Below are positions 1 to 8,904 of a DNA stretch of 64,000 nt, piece by piece. The notes below the pieces were generated by a model. The model saw only the letters and a program-made list of their open reading frames with translations, did not search any database and was not told the origin of the DNA. The position numbers and the translations under genes are program-made. The stretch is from an uncultured Gammaproteobacteria bacterium (lineage in GTDB: Bacteria; Patescibacteriota; Patescibacteriia; UBA1558; GWA2-36-10), in assembly GCA_964604515.1 (NCBI GenBank), contig CAZRZA010000001.1, positions 16,243 to 80,242 of the forward strand, read 5' to 3'. The stretch's first letter is position 1, and each line of letters begins with the position of its first letter.

Positions 1-422
1 CTTTTACCACTTCCTGGTATATAAGGAACAACAACATAAAACTTTTTAGTCATTATTTTTTCCATTGTTACTAATTCAGAAATAAATTGTCTATAATCGG
101 CAGTTTGCATACGTAATAATTCATTAGTTTGTTCTTTTTCTAAAGATTCTAATTTATCTAAATAATCTTCAATATTTAAAGGACGAGATTGAACAACTAT
201 TTGAATAGGATATGCTAAAGAATTTAAAAATCCAACATAACCACTAATAACAGCTCTTTGTTCATCTTCTGACTTTAAGTCAAAGTTAATAGAAGATACA
301 AATAGCACTCCTCTAACTGTACCATCATTTAAAACAACCATATCATCTTTTATTTCTGCAATATCTAAATACTTCTGCGTAGAAGATGAGGGTTTATTTC
401 CGGCTAATTTTTTACTTTTCAT
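1..422 (-). CDS. TraC/VirB4 N-terminal-like T4SS-associated protein (3' end outside window)
   Basis: Manual translation from ATG at 422: MKSKKLAGNKPSSSTQKYLDIAEIKDDMVVLNDGTVRGVLFVSSINFDLKSEDEQRAVISGYVGFLNSLAYPIQIVVQSRPLNI...; this pattern typically follows PrgI in Patescibacteria. Confidence 0.75.
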   Translation of the reverse strand, partial: MKSKKLAGNKPSSSTQKYLDIAEIKDDMVVLNDGTVRGVLFVSSINFDLKSEDEQRAVISGYVGFLNSLAYPIQIVVQSRPLNIEDYLDKLESLEKEQTNELLRMQTADYRQFISELVTMEKIMTKKFYVVVPYIPGSGK

Positions 423-427
423 ATATT

Positions 428-889
428 TTATTTATTATGAACAACATTATTTTCCTGATTAGCATCTAATTCTCCTCTATATGCTCCTCCGGTATCTATT
501 ATTAATGATAGTTCTGATAATCTCTTTTTAGGAGCTAAAGACTTACGAGGAATAATCTTTTCTTTAATATCCTCTCCTTCTGCTTTTTTATGTTCTATTT
601 CTATATCCTCTTTTAACCAAACTCTAGTCTTTGGCTTTTTAAAAGATTGTATAAAGTTTAGAAGAAAAAAATGAAAAGGCATACCATTTACTTTAGCAAA
701 AGCTAAAGTACCAAAAGTTATTACTATTAATATTAATTGTAAGATGAATAAAGCAAAATCTGATAATTTATAAGCAACAAATGCTAAAAAGCCTGCAAAT
801 AAAACAATCAAAAATTGTCTAACAGTAATTGGTCCAAAAACTCTTGCTTCATTTTCTATAAATTGGGGGACAACAAATTTATCTTGCAT
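428..889 (-). CDS. PrgI family membrane protein (VirB3-like)
   Basis: FVVPQFIENEARVFGPITVRQF motif, two TM helices, AFAKVNGMPF. Confidence 0.85.
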   Translation of the reverse strand: MQDKFVVPQFIENEARVFGPITVRQFLIVLFAGFLAFVAYKLSDFALFILQLILIVITFGTLAFAKVNGMPFHFFLLNFIQSFKKPKTRVWLKEDIEIEHKKAEGEDIKEKIIPRKSLAPKKRLSELSLIIDTGGAYRGELDANQENNVVHNK

Positions 890-890
890 C

Positions 891-2075
891 TTAAAATCTT
901 AATAATTTATTTAAATCTGATATGGCTGTAAATTCTTTTTCTGTTAAAAATTCTTTCTTTTCTTTTTGATACTTATTTATAGTTTCTTTTACTTCTTTAT
1001 CATTTTCTAAACTTTCATTACCTATTTGTAAATATAGTTTATATATTTCATTATTCCTCCAAGCTTTTATACCTTCTGATTTTTTAGTGTAAGAATCTTC
1101 TGCTAAAAGATTAATCTTATAAAGTATTTTATCTGCCCTAGCCTGAGCATTGTCACCCAAACGCTGAAAATCACTTAATTTTAAATTCCTTAATTCATCT
1201 ATTGGTCCAGATAATACTTTTTTAGTTTTTTTAGATTGAGAAAGAACATCATCAATTTTATTTTTATCAGAACTAATCTTGGAGGGTCGAGAAACTTTTG
1301 GTAAAGCATCTTTAAATTTACTTTCTTTTTTAGCTACCTTTTCTTCTTTTATTTTCTTTTCTACTTTAGGTTTTTCTTTTATCTTTATTTCTGGCTTTAT
1401 CTCAGTTTTTATTAGCTGAGGTATTATCTTTGGTTCTGGAGCCTTAACTATATTTTTAATCTCTTTTATTTTAGGTTCAATAGGCTTTTGATTATCCTCT
1501 ACTTTCTCTAGCTTAACTTCTTCTATCATCACTACTAAACCACCTGCTTTTTCTATTTTCTTATATATTCCCTTTATTATTAATACTAAATTATCTACAA
1601 AATCTTTTTTTAAAGGTTTCTTATTTACTAATATTTTAGTATTTAAAGCCTCCCTTAAAACAATTATGCTTTTTCTATTACGAAAAAAATCAAAGATAAT
1701 ATTAGAAAAATATTCTTTATTTTCTTTATCTAATTTTAAATTATGCTTAATTATTAACTTATTAACTATTTTATTTAGACTATATTTCTTACTATTATCC
1801 TTTGGTAATTCTTTAGCTATTTTATCTAATTGATACTTATCTTCAGGATGAAAAGAAAAATCAGCCTTATCATTAGCTTGACCATTTAAAGAAGGTGTAG
1901 GCTCAAAAGAATCATTTTGAGGAGCTTTATCTAAATTAAAATTATTACTATTTTTTTCTTCCTGAAATGTATCTAAATCTTGATTTAAATTATGGAATTT
2001 ACCTTCTTGATCCTTAATTAATAAATCATTAGACCAATTACTATTATTTTTATTTTTGTCATCCTTTAAGGTCAT
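891..2075 (-). CDS. Hypothetical protein, Lys/Glu/Pro-rich linker and conserved-looking C-terminal domain, co-transcribed with PrgI
   Basis: 394-aa ORF ending 1 nt before the PrgI start; C-terminal GPIDELRNLKLSDFQRL...GIKAWR segment. Confidence 0.7.
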   Translation of the reverse strand: MTLKDDKNKNNSNWSNDLLIKDQEGKFHNLNQDLDTFQEEKNSNNFNLDKAPQNDSFEPTPSLNGQANDKADFSFHPEDKYQLDKIAKELPKDNSKKYSLNKIVNKLIIKHNLKLDKENKEYFSNIIFDFFRNRKSIIVLREALNTKILVNKKPLKKDFVDNLVLIIKGIYKKIEKAGGLVVMIEEVKLEKVEDNQKPIEPKIKEIKNIVKAPEPKIIPQLIKTEIKPEIKIKEKPKVEKKIKEEKVAKKESKFKDALPKVSRPSKISSDKNKIDDVLSQSKKTKKVLSGPIDELRNLKLSDFQRLGDNAQARADKILYKINLLAEDSYTKKSEGIKAWRNNEIYKLYLQIGNESLENDKEVKETINKYQKEKKEFLTEKEFTAISDLNKLLRF

Positions 2076-2146
2076 TTTACCTTAATATTAATATGTTAAA
2101 GTTTTCTATATTATAACATATTTTCCTCAAGAAGACCAACAAAAAA

Positions 2147-2170
2147 AATAAACCCTCTGCAGGGTTTATT
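2147..2170 (-). terminator. Intrinsic terminator after efp
   Basis: aataaaccct-ctgc-agggtttatt hairpin followed by a T-run on the minus strand. Confidence 0.75.
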
Positions 2171-2183
2171 TATCTAAAATATT

Positions 2184-2741
2184 TTAAATTCTTTCTACAT
2201 ATTCTCCCGTTTCTGTGTTTATTTTTAACTTATCTCCTGCTTTTATAAATAAAGGAGTTCTAATTTCTAAACCTGTTTCTAAAGTAATAACTTTGGTAAC
2301 AGCTCCTGAACTATTACCCTTAACACCGTCAGGTGCTACAGAAACTTCTAAGATTATTTTTTTAGGTAAAGAAATAGAGACTGGATTATTATTAAATATT
2401 AAAACATTTACCTCTTGACCTTCTTTCAAATATTTAACTAAATCACCCAAAGTATCTTCATTAAATTGAAATTGCTCAAAGCTTTCATTGTCCATGAAGA
2501 AATAATCAGCTCCTTGTTGATAAAGAAAGTTAGCTTGACGATTAATAATATCTGCTTCTTCAACATTATCTGAACCAGAGAATGTTTTTTCTAAAGTAGA
2601 GCCAGTTACCAAGTTTTTTAATTTAGTTTTTAATACTGCTCCACCACGGGCTACTTTAATATGTTGAGTATATACTATTTGATAGGGATCATTATTTAAA
2701 TTAATAACTTTACCTAATTTTAATTCATTCATTGCTAACAT
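2184..2741 (-). CDS. efp: Elongation factor P
   Basis: HIKVARGGAVLKTKLKNL loop, YFFMDNESFEQ, LETGLEIRTPLFIKAGDKLKINTETGEYVER. Confidence 0.97.
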   Translation of the reverse strand: MLAMNELKLGKVINLNNDPYQIVYTQHIKVARGGAVLKTKLKNLVTGSTLEKTFSGSDNVEEADIINRQANFLYQQGADYFFMDNESFEQFQFNEDTLGDLVKYLKEGQEVNVLIFNNNPVSISLPKKIILEVSVAPDGVKGNSSGAVTKVITLETGLEIRTPLFIKAGDKLKINTETGEYVERI

Positions 2742-2745
2742 GAGC

Positions 2746-2964
2746 TTATCTTACTAAATATGGTAAAAAAGCCATAAATCTAGCTCTTTTTATAGATTGA
2801 GCTATTCCTCTTTGATGCTTAGAACAAGCCCCGCTTTTTCTTTTGGGAACTATTTTACCATAAGAGGAGGTAAATCTTTGTAATTGTTGCCAATTCTTAT
2901 AATCAATATGATCTTGATTATTAACACAAAAATGACAGTATTTATTCTTATTTTTCTTATGCAT
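2746..2964 (-). CDS. rpsR: 30S ribosomal protein S18 (Zn-binding C+ form)
   Basis: CHFC, IDYKN, GKIVPKRKSGACSKHQR...IKRARFMAFLPY. Confidence 0.97.
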   Translation of the reverse strand: MHKKNKNKYCHFCVNNQDHIDYKNWQQLQRFTSSYGKIVPKRKSGACSKHQRGIAQSIKRARFMAFLPYLVR

Positions 2965-2981
2965 ATTATTTATTATTTAAT

Positions 2982-3425
2982 TTAAAAAGGTATATCCTCA
3001 ACATTAACTTCTTCTACCTCTGCTTCTTTAGTTACAGCTGGCTCTTCTTTTACTTGAGAATAATTATCTTTAGTATATTGCTGATTACTATTACCACCTT
3101 TATTATCTAACATAATCATATTATCAGCTATAATTTCTGTACGATATTTTTTTACTCCACTAGGATCATCCCAGCTTCTAGTTTGTAAACGACCTTCAAT
3201 ATATACTTTACTACCTTTTTTAAGGTATTCACCAACAATTTCTGCTAAACGACGCCAGGCTACTACATTATGAAATTCCGGTTTTTCTTGCTTCTGTCCT
3301 TGAGCATCTTTCCAAACCATATTAGTGGCTACAGAAAAAGAGGTTACATTTTGACCACCTGAAGTAGTACGCATTTCAGGATCACGAACTACATTACCGA
3401 TAATCATTGCTTTATTTAAATTCAT
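2982..3425 (-). CDS. ssb: Single-stranded DNA-binding protein
   Basis: LNKAMIIGN...DPEMR, VYIEGRLQTRSW, C-terminal EDIPF; rpsF-ssb-rpsR order. Confidence 0.98.
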   Translation of the reverse strand: MNLNKAMIIGNVVRDPEMRTTSGGQNVTSFSVATNMVWKDAQGQKQEKPEFHNVVAWRRLAEIVGEYLKKGSKVYIEGRLQTRSWDDPSGVKKYRTEIIADNMIMLDNKGGNSNQQYTKDNYSQVKEEPAVTKEAEVEEVNVEDIPF

Positions 3426-3446
3426 ATATTTATCTTATTTAATTTA

Positions 3447-3887
3447 TTAATCTAAAAGATTATCTAATTTAGAATCAATATCATCTAAATTAATCTTAGT
3501 GATCTCTACTTTATCTTCTTTAGGTTTGTCATTCTTAGTCTTTACCGCTTCTTTTTTAATTTCTCTTTTATTTTCTTTCTTTTCTTCTTCGCTAATAAAA
3601 GGTTTTTTGATAGTTAAATGACGTAAGATATTATCATTATGCTTTAACTTAGTATCTAAATCATTTAAATTACCCTTTTCTTCTGCTTTAAACTCTAAAG
3701 AAATATAAAAACCATGCTTTTGCTTATTAATAGCATAAGCTAATTTCTTACGACCTAAAGAAACGGGTTCTTTGCTTATTTGACCTTTAATACCTTTAAT
3801 GTAATCTAAAACCTTATTTTTGATTTCACCATGCTCTGTTTCAGGTATCAGAGCACTAATAATGAATGTTAGTTCATAGTTTTCCAT
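3447..3887 (-). CDS. rpsF: 30S ribosomal protein S6 (start revised to ATG at 3887)
   Basis: MENYELTFII, LGRKKLAYAINK..HGFY, ILRHL; operon position. Confidence 0.95.
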   Translation of the reverse strand: MENYELTFIISALIPETEHGEIKNKVLDYIKGIKGQISKEPVSLGRKKLAYAINKQKHGFYISLEFKAEEKGNLNDLDTKLKHNDNILRHLTIKKPFISEEEKKENKREIKKEAVKTKNDKPKEDKVEITKINLDDIDSKLDNLLD

Positions 3888-4054
3888 ATTTTTATAAATT
3901 ACCCTCAAAATATATTTGAGGGACACATTTACTTAAAGTAAATAGTTTGGTTAATTAGATAAAAAGGAACTTTATTGACGTTAGCTACTTTAACATAAAG
4001 GGTATTATAAGTCAATATATTGACCTAATACTATATTTTAATTACTATTAACTT

Positions 4055-5227
4055 ATGAAAAGATATATATTTATTCTCGGACAAAATCCAGAATTATCAC
4101 AACAAGAAATTATTAATATTATTAAAAGAAAGAAAGGAATAATAGAGGCTATTTCTAATAGTTATGTTTTAGCTAAAATTAATATAAAACCCGCAGAATT
4201 AATTAATAATTTAGGAGGGATAATAAAAATAGTAGAGTATAAAGAAAGTATTAATAATTTAGAAAATTTAAATATTATTGATTATTATCAAGATAATTTA
4301 AATAAAGAAAAGAAAAATAATATTGGCTTTAGTATTTATAATAGTAATAATAAAGAATATCATAAAATATTTAAATCTTTTTTAGAATTAAAAAAAGAAT
4401 TAAAAAAAGATAATTATAAAATTCGTTTAGTGAGTAGTAAAGAAAATATATTATCTTCTGTAATTGTTTCTAAAAATAAATTATTAAATAAAGAATTAAT
4501 TATTATCAAAGATCATAATAATTATTTAATTGGCCTTACTTTAGCTATACAAGATTTTGCTAAATATAGTAAAAGAGATATGCTTCGACCAGCTCGAGAC
4601 AATAAATCAGGCATGCTTCCTCCTAAATTAGCTCAAATAATGATTAATTTAGCTAATTTAGATACTACTAAAGTATTTTTAGATCCATTTTGTGGTTCGG
4701 GAACTATCTTGCAGGAAGCTATGCTTTTAGGGTATCAAAATATAAATGGTAGTGATTTAAGTAATAAAGCTGTCATGGATACCAAAGAAAATATAGCTTG
4801 GCTTAAAAAAGAATATAATTTAAAGAATAATATTAATATTCAAAGAATGGCTACTAAAGACTTAAGCAAATTCTACCCTTCTCATTCTATAGATTTAATT
4901 ATTACTGAACCATTTATGGGAGATGCTCGTTTAATACAAAAAACTAATGACAAAGAAATATTAAAAAGCATTAAATATGAATTACAAGAATTATACTTAA
5001 ATACTTTTAAAGAATTTAAAAAAATACTATCCCCTCAAGGAAGAATAGTATTTATATTCCCTATCATTGATAATTTATATACTTTAGATCAAAGAGTGTT
5101 AAATAATATAGATTTTAAATTAATTAAAGTAGCTAATAACTCTGCTAATTTATCTAATAATAATAATTTAATATATAGTAGAGATAAACAAAAAGTTAAA
5201 AGAGAAATTACTATTTGGCAGAATTAA
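4055..5227 (+). CDS. Trm11/TrmG10-like SAM-dependent RNA methyltransferase
   Basis: GMLPPKLAQIMINL, FLDPFCGSGTILQEA, GSD, IITEPFMG. Confidence 0.8.
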   Translation: MKRYIFILGQNPELSQQEIINIIKRKKGIIEAISNSYVLAKINIKPAELINNLGGIIKIVEYKESINNLENLNIIDYYQDNLNKEKKNNIGFSIYNSNNKEYHKIFKSFLELKKELKKDNYKIRLVSSKENILSSVIVSKNKLLNKELIIIKDHNNYLIGLTLAIQDFAKYSKRDMLRPARDNKSGMLPPKLAQIMINLANLDTTKVFLDPFCGSGTILQEAMLLGYQNINGSDLSNKAVMDTKENIAWLKKEYNLKNNINIQRMATKDLSKFYPSHSIDLIITEPFMGDARLIQKTNDKEILKSIKYELQELYLNTFKEFKKILSPQGRIVFIFPIIDNLYTLDQRVLNNIDFKLIKVANNSANLSNNNNLIYSRDKQKVKREITIWQN

Positions 5228-6447
5228 GTTACCCAAGATAAATTATCCTTAATAACTTGTACTTCTCGCCATTTTAATATTCCATCAGCTTCATCTAAAT
5301 AAACAACTTGCCCACTACGCTTTATTAAATGAGTTAAATAATAAGCCATGATAGTGGGTTCTTTAATTTTTAATTTATCTACTAATATCATTTCTAAGAA
5401 TAATCTTCTTTTCAATAATGGTCCTTCTTTAACAAAACTATGAGCAACACCATTACCATATCTAATGGTTAGGAAACGCTTCATGACACTTTGTAAGCGT
5501 TTATCTTCCTTAATTAGCCTGTCTAGGCTCTTTTTCTTTATCAAGACCCTTAAACAGCCTAAAGCTTTATTACTATCTCCTAAGCCTAAACTATCCCATA
5601 GTAAATCTCCTACTTTCATTATTCTATTATCTACTTCAGAAAGAATATACTCTTCTGCTAAAATATCTTTTTCTAAATCTAATAAATCTTGTTTTAATTG
5701 TTCTAAGATATTATCAATATTTATTTCTTCTTTAACTTCTTTTTTCTTTTCTATATATTCAGCTACTGTTAATACAGAACCATTATTAATTATATTTACA
5801 ATATTATCCTTATCATATGAATCAAAGAACCTTATTAAGGAAGTCTTCTCTTCATTATTTAAATCTAAGATATTCTGATTATTAGAAAAGTATTTAGATC
5901 TTTGTAATGAATCATGATTACTGGCTCCTAAATAATGAACATAATCCTTTATCCAATTATCAACACTAGGAGTAACTTTACGATTATCTCTATTAACTAT
6001 CTTTTTAGAACTTAATCTTAAGTCTTTAAAGTCTTCATATTTTTTTAAAAGATTCTTAATATTACCATGAGCTTCATTGGGGAATAATTCATGTTGTAAA
6101 ACTGTTTTTCTTAAATGTTTTAAACGAGGCACTTTACCACCTAAACGAAGAATTAATCTATCTACTTTACCTAAATAATCTTGTAAAGGCCATAATATAT
6201 TATATGCTATTTCTAAGGCTAAAGCTCTTAAGTCTAATTCATTAGCATTTTCTATATCTTCTAATTTCTGAGGAAGGTCTAAAACAGAAACTTCTTTCAA
6301 AAATAAAGGTTTTTGTATGCTTACAATATAATCTATTTGCTTAAAACTAAGAGAAAACTTTTTTTCAATTTCTCTATTAATATTAGTTAAAGTTGAGCTA
6401 AAAACAATATCTTTAACTTCTTCTGGTAATTCTTGTAAGCTATTCAT
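5224..6447 (-). CDS. Hypothetical protein at the end of the VirB6/giant-protein operon
   Basis: 407-aa ORF starting 1 nt after the VirB6-like stop; PSVDNWIKDY motif. Confidence 0.7.
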   Translation of the reverse strand: MNSLQELPEEVKDIVFSSTLTNINREIEKKFSLSFKQIDYIVSIQKPLFLKEVSVLDLPQKLEDIENANELDLRALALEIAYNILWPLQDYLGKVDRLILRLGGKVPRLKHLRKTVLQHELFPNEAHGNIKNLLKKYEDFKDLRLSSKKIVNRDNRKVTPSVDNWIKDYVHYLGASNHDSLQRSKYFSNNQNILDLNNEEKTSLIRFFDSYDKDNIVNIINNGSVLTVAEYIEKKKEVKEEINIDNILEQLKQDLLDLEKDILAEEYILSEVDNRIMKVGDLLWDSLGLGDSNKALGCLRVLIKKKSLDRLIKEDKRLQSVMKRFLTIRYGNGVAHSFVKEGPLLKRRLFLEMILVDKLKIKEPTIMAYYLTHLIKRSGQVVYLDEADGILKWREVQVIKDNLSWVT

Positions 6448-6448
6448 T

Positions 6449-8899
6449 TTATTTATTAGATAACTTATCTACTGCCTTAGCTAAGTCTTCTGTTGCTTGA
6501 GTCTGGGCATCTTTAGCATCTTTGGCTGCAACTTTATCTTGTTCAGCTTGCACTTTTTTCTCTTTAGCATCTCTACTCTTCTGCTTCTTACTTATAAATT
6601 TATCACTTTCATCTTTATCATCATCTTCGTCTATATACTTATTATATTCATTAACAACTGTTTCGCTTACCAAATCTCTAGTAACTGTATTATGTAGCAT
6701 TTCATCTGCAGCCTCAAGATTTGTAGTACCATCATCATTTGTAACTTGCAATTCTACTATTAATTCTTTTTGTTTTCTGGTGCTCACTTCTTTTGTTAAG
6801 GATGCTGTATCCTTGGGATCAGCAATTCTAATAGCAGCTTTAAACATATCTGAAGCTTCTTCATTGTTCTTGGGAGCCATCTTAGCAAGAGATTTGCTGC
6901 TAATTACAGATCCTAAGCTCTTATCAAAGTCTTTTTTAGCTGCTGGATCAAGACCAGCGGTTAATTTCTTATAAGCAGCCTTGGATTGTTTAGGATCGTT
7001 CAATTGCATTATAGCTTTTTTACCAGCTGCACTTTCCTTGTCTATGCCACCATCTTTATCTGTTACCTTTCCTTCAGCCTTGATAGAGCTCATTCCTTCT
7101 TTAATAGCTTTTTGCATAGGCCCACTAAGTTTTTCAATAGACTTAAGAAAGTCTTCACTAGAGGTGTTCTTATTAGCTAATATTGCTCCTACTATTTCCT
7201 TAGCTCCTTCGGTTAACTCTCCGTTCTGGGCCATACTATCATCATCAAATCCTTTTAGAGCATCTACTCCTTTTGCTTTTACTAGTTTCTCTGCTGATTC
7301 TGGAGTATGAGTATCAGCTCTTGTCTGTCTTATTTTTTCTACTAACTCTGTTTCTCCTGCAGCACCTAAGTCTTCTATTACTCTCTGAGCCTCATCACTA
7401 TCTTTAAAATTATTATTTTTAGCCTTATCCTTACTTATGGCTAATTTAGTAGCTGGTCCCACACCCAAGCCTTTCTCTAAGTAATCACCCATGTCTGAGT
7501 CTGTTATACCAGCAGCTTTAGCCTTTTCTTCAACATAAGCTGTTTTCTTTCTTCGACGACTATTTTCTTTAGCTTTAGCACGCATTTCAACTTTCTCAAG
7601 AGATTCACCAACTTTACCAAAGGCTCCACCAACTTTTTGACCAAGTTTACTACCTGCTATTTCTTTTAATTTATCGCCATATTTACTGCCCGCTACTTGT
7701 TTACCAATTTTACTATCCTTAGCACTCTTAACTAACCTAACAGCTCCACCGCTTAACTTACTCTTGCCCCATGATGTAGCTCTAGAACCACCACCCTTAA
7801 ACATACCCTCTCCACTTGTGCCAGAATAGAGCATTCTTGCTCCTCCCTTAACTTTGTCTAAGGCTTTTTTCTTAACAGCATTGCCCATAGTACCTATAGC
7901 ATCAGATACTTTAGCAGCCCCTTTCATTCCCATCTCTGATGCTACCTGAAGACTGCCCATTAACATGGCTATACCAATAACAAAATTAATCATTTTATTA
8001 GGCTGATGAGCTTCTCCTAAGCCATCTAAACCGTCTCCTCCGCCACCGGAAGTCATGGAATCGCTTATATCACCAGCACCAACTATAGAAAAAGATAGCC
8101 AAAGAAAAAAAGCTAAAAGAGGGCCCTTTATTAATTCTTTACTTAATTTACTTAACCATTGATCAAAGTATTTCTTGCCACCTGGAAAAACATTAGCAAA
8201 AAAAGCCATAGGTGACAAAACAATAAGTATCCAAAGCTGAACTATCCTAGATGCAAAAGAAGTAATATATATTGCAATAACCATAACGGTTATTAAAAGC
8301 ATAATACCCATTAATATTACAGAAGTAACAACGATAAAGAGTTGCTCTCCACTAGCATTATCAATAGCTGTGCTTAATTCACCCCATTCTCCCATACCTA
8401 AAGCAACTGCTATATTACCAGCTGCTATATCTTTAATAGCAGCAACAAATGTTAACATTACTATTTGAAAAATATCAATAACAAAACCTACTATTGTTTT
8501 ACTAAAATTAATTAAAATAGCTAGAATAAGAAATTTCTTTAAAAGAGCTTCATAACCATAGCTTTTTATCTTTAATATAGTTGCAAAAGCAATAACTAAA
8601 AAAACAATAATAAAAAGCATATTAGACAAATCTCTCATTGCTATCCAACCATTTATAACGCCCTGTTCAAAAATAAAGTTATTATACTGAGCTATCATGG
8701 GTAAAATCCATAATTCTAATTTCAGAACTAAGCCTAAAGGATAAATCATTAAATAATAAACAATGCCTGCTATCATTTGTCCAGCAAAGCCCATCATACC
8801 ATCAGCATGAGCTAAATTAGGAATTATTAAACCACTGATTATCAAAAGAAAAGCCCAGTAATTATTTTTAAATTTATTTCTAATAATATTAATTCTCAT
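6449..8899 (-). CDS. VirB6/TrbL-like polytopic membrane protein with long Lys/Ala/Gly-rich C-terminal tail (start revised to 8899)
   Basis: GWIAMRDLSNMLFIIVFLVIAFATIL, AILINFSKTIVGFVID, RIVQLWILIVLSPMAF...YFDQWLSKL...GPLLAFFLWL. Confidence 0.8.
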   Translation of the reverse strand: MRINIIRNKFKNNYWAFLLIISGLIIPNLAHADGMMGFAGQMIAGIVYYLMIYPLGLVLKLELWILPMIAQYNNFIFEQGVINGWIAMRDLSNMLFIIVFLVIAFATILKIKSYGYEALLKKFLILAILINFSKTIVGFVIDIFQIVMLTFVAAIKDIAAGNIAVALGMGEWGELSTAIDNASGEQLFIVVTSVILMGIMLLITVMVIAIYITSFASRIVQLWILIVLSPMAFFANVFPGGKKYFDQWLSKLSKELIKGPLLAFFLWLSFSIVGAGDISDSMTSGGGGDGLDGLGEAHQPNKMINFVIGIAMLMGSLQVASEMGMKGAAKVSDAIGTMGNAVKKKALDKVKGGARMLYSGTSGEGMFKGGGSRATSWGKSKLSGGAVRLVKSAKDSKIGKQVAGSKYGDKLKEIAGSKLGQKVGGAFGKVGESLEKVEMRAKAKENSRRRKKTAYVEEKAKAAGITDSDMGDYLEKGLGVGPATKLAISKDKAKNNNFKDSDEAQRVIEDLGAAGETELVEKIRQTRADTHTPESAEKLVKAKGVDALKGFDDDSMAQNGELTEGAKEIVGAILANKNTSSEDFLKSIEKLSGPMQKAIKEGMSSIKAEGKVTDKDGGIDKESAAGKKAIMQLNDPKQSKAAYKKLTAGLDPAAKKDFDKSLGSVISSKSLAKMAPKNNEEASDMFKAAIRIADPKDTASLTKEVSTRKQKELIVELQVTNDDGTTNLEAADEMLHNTVTRDLVSETVVNEYNKYIDEDDDKDESDKFISKKQKSRDAKEKKVQAEQDKVAAKDAKDAQTQATEDLAKAVDKLSNK

Positions 8900-8904
8900 A
8901 TATT

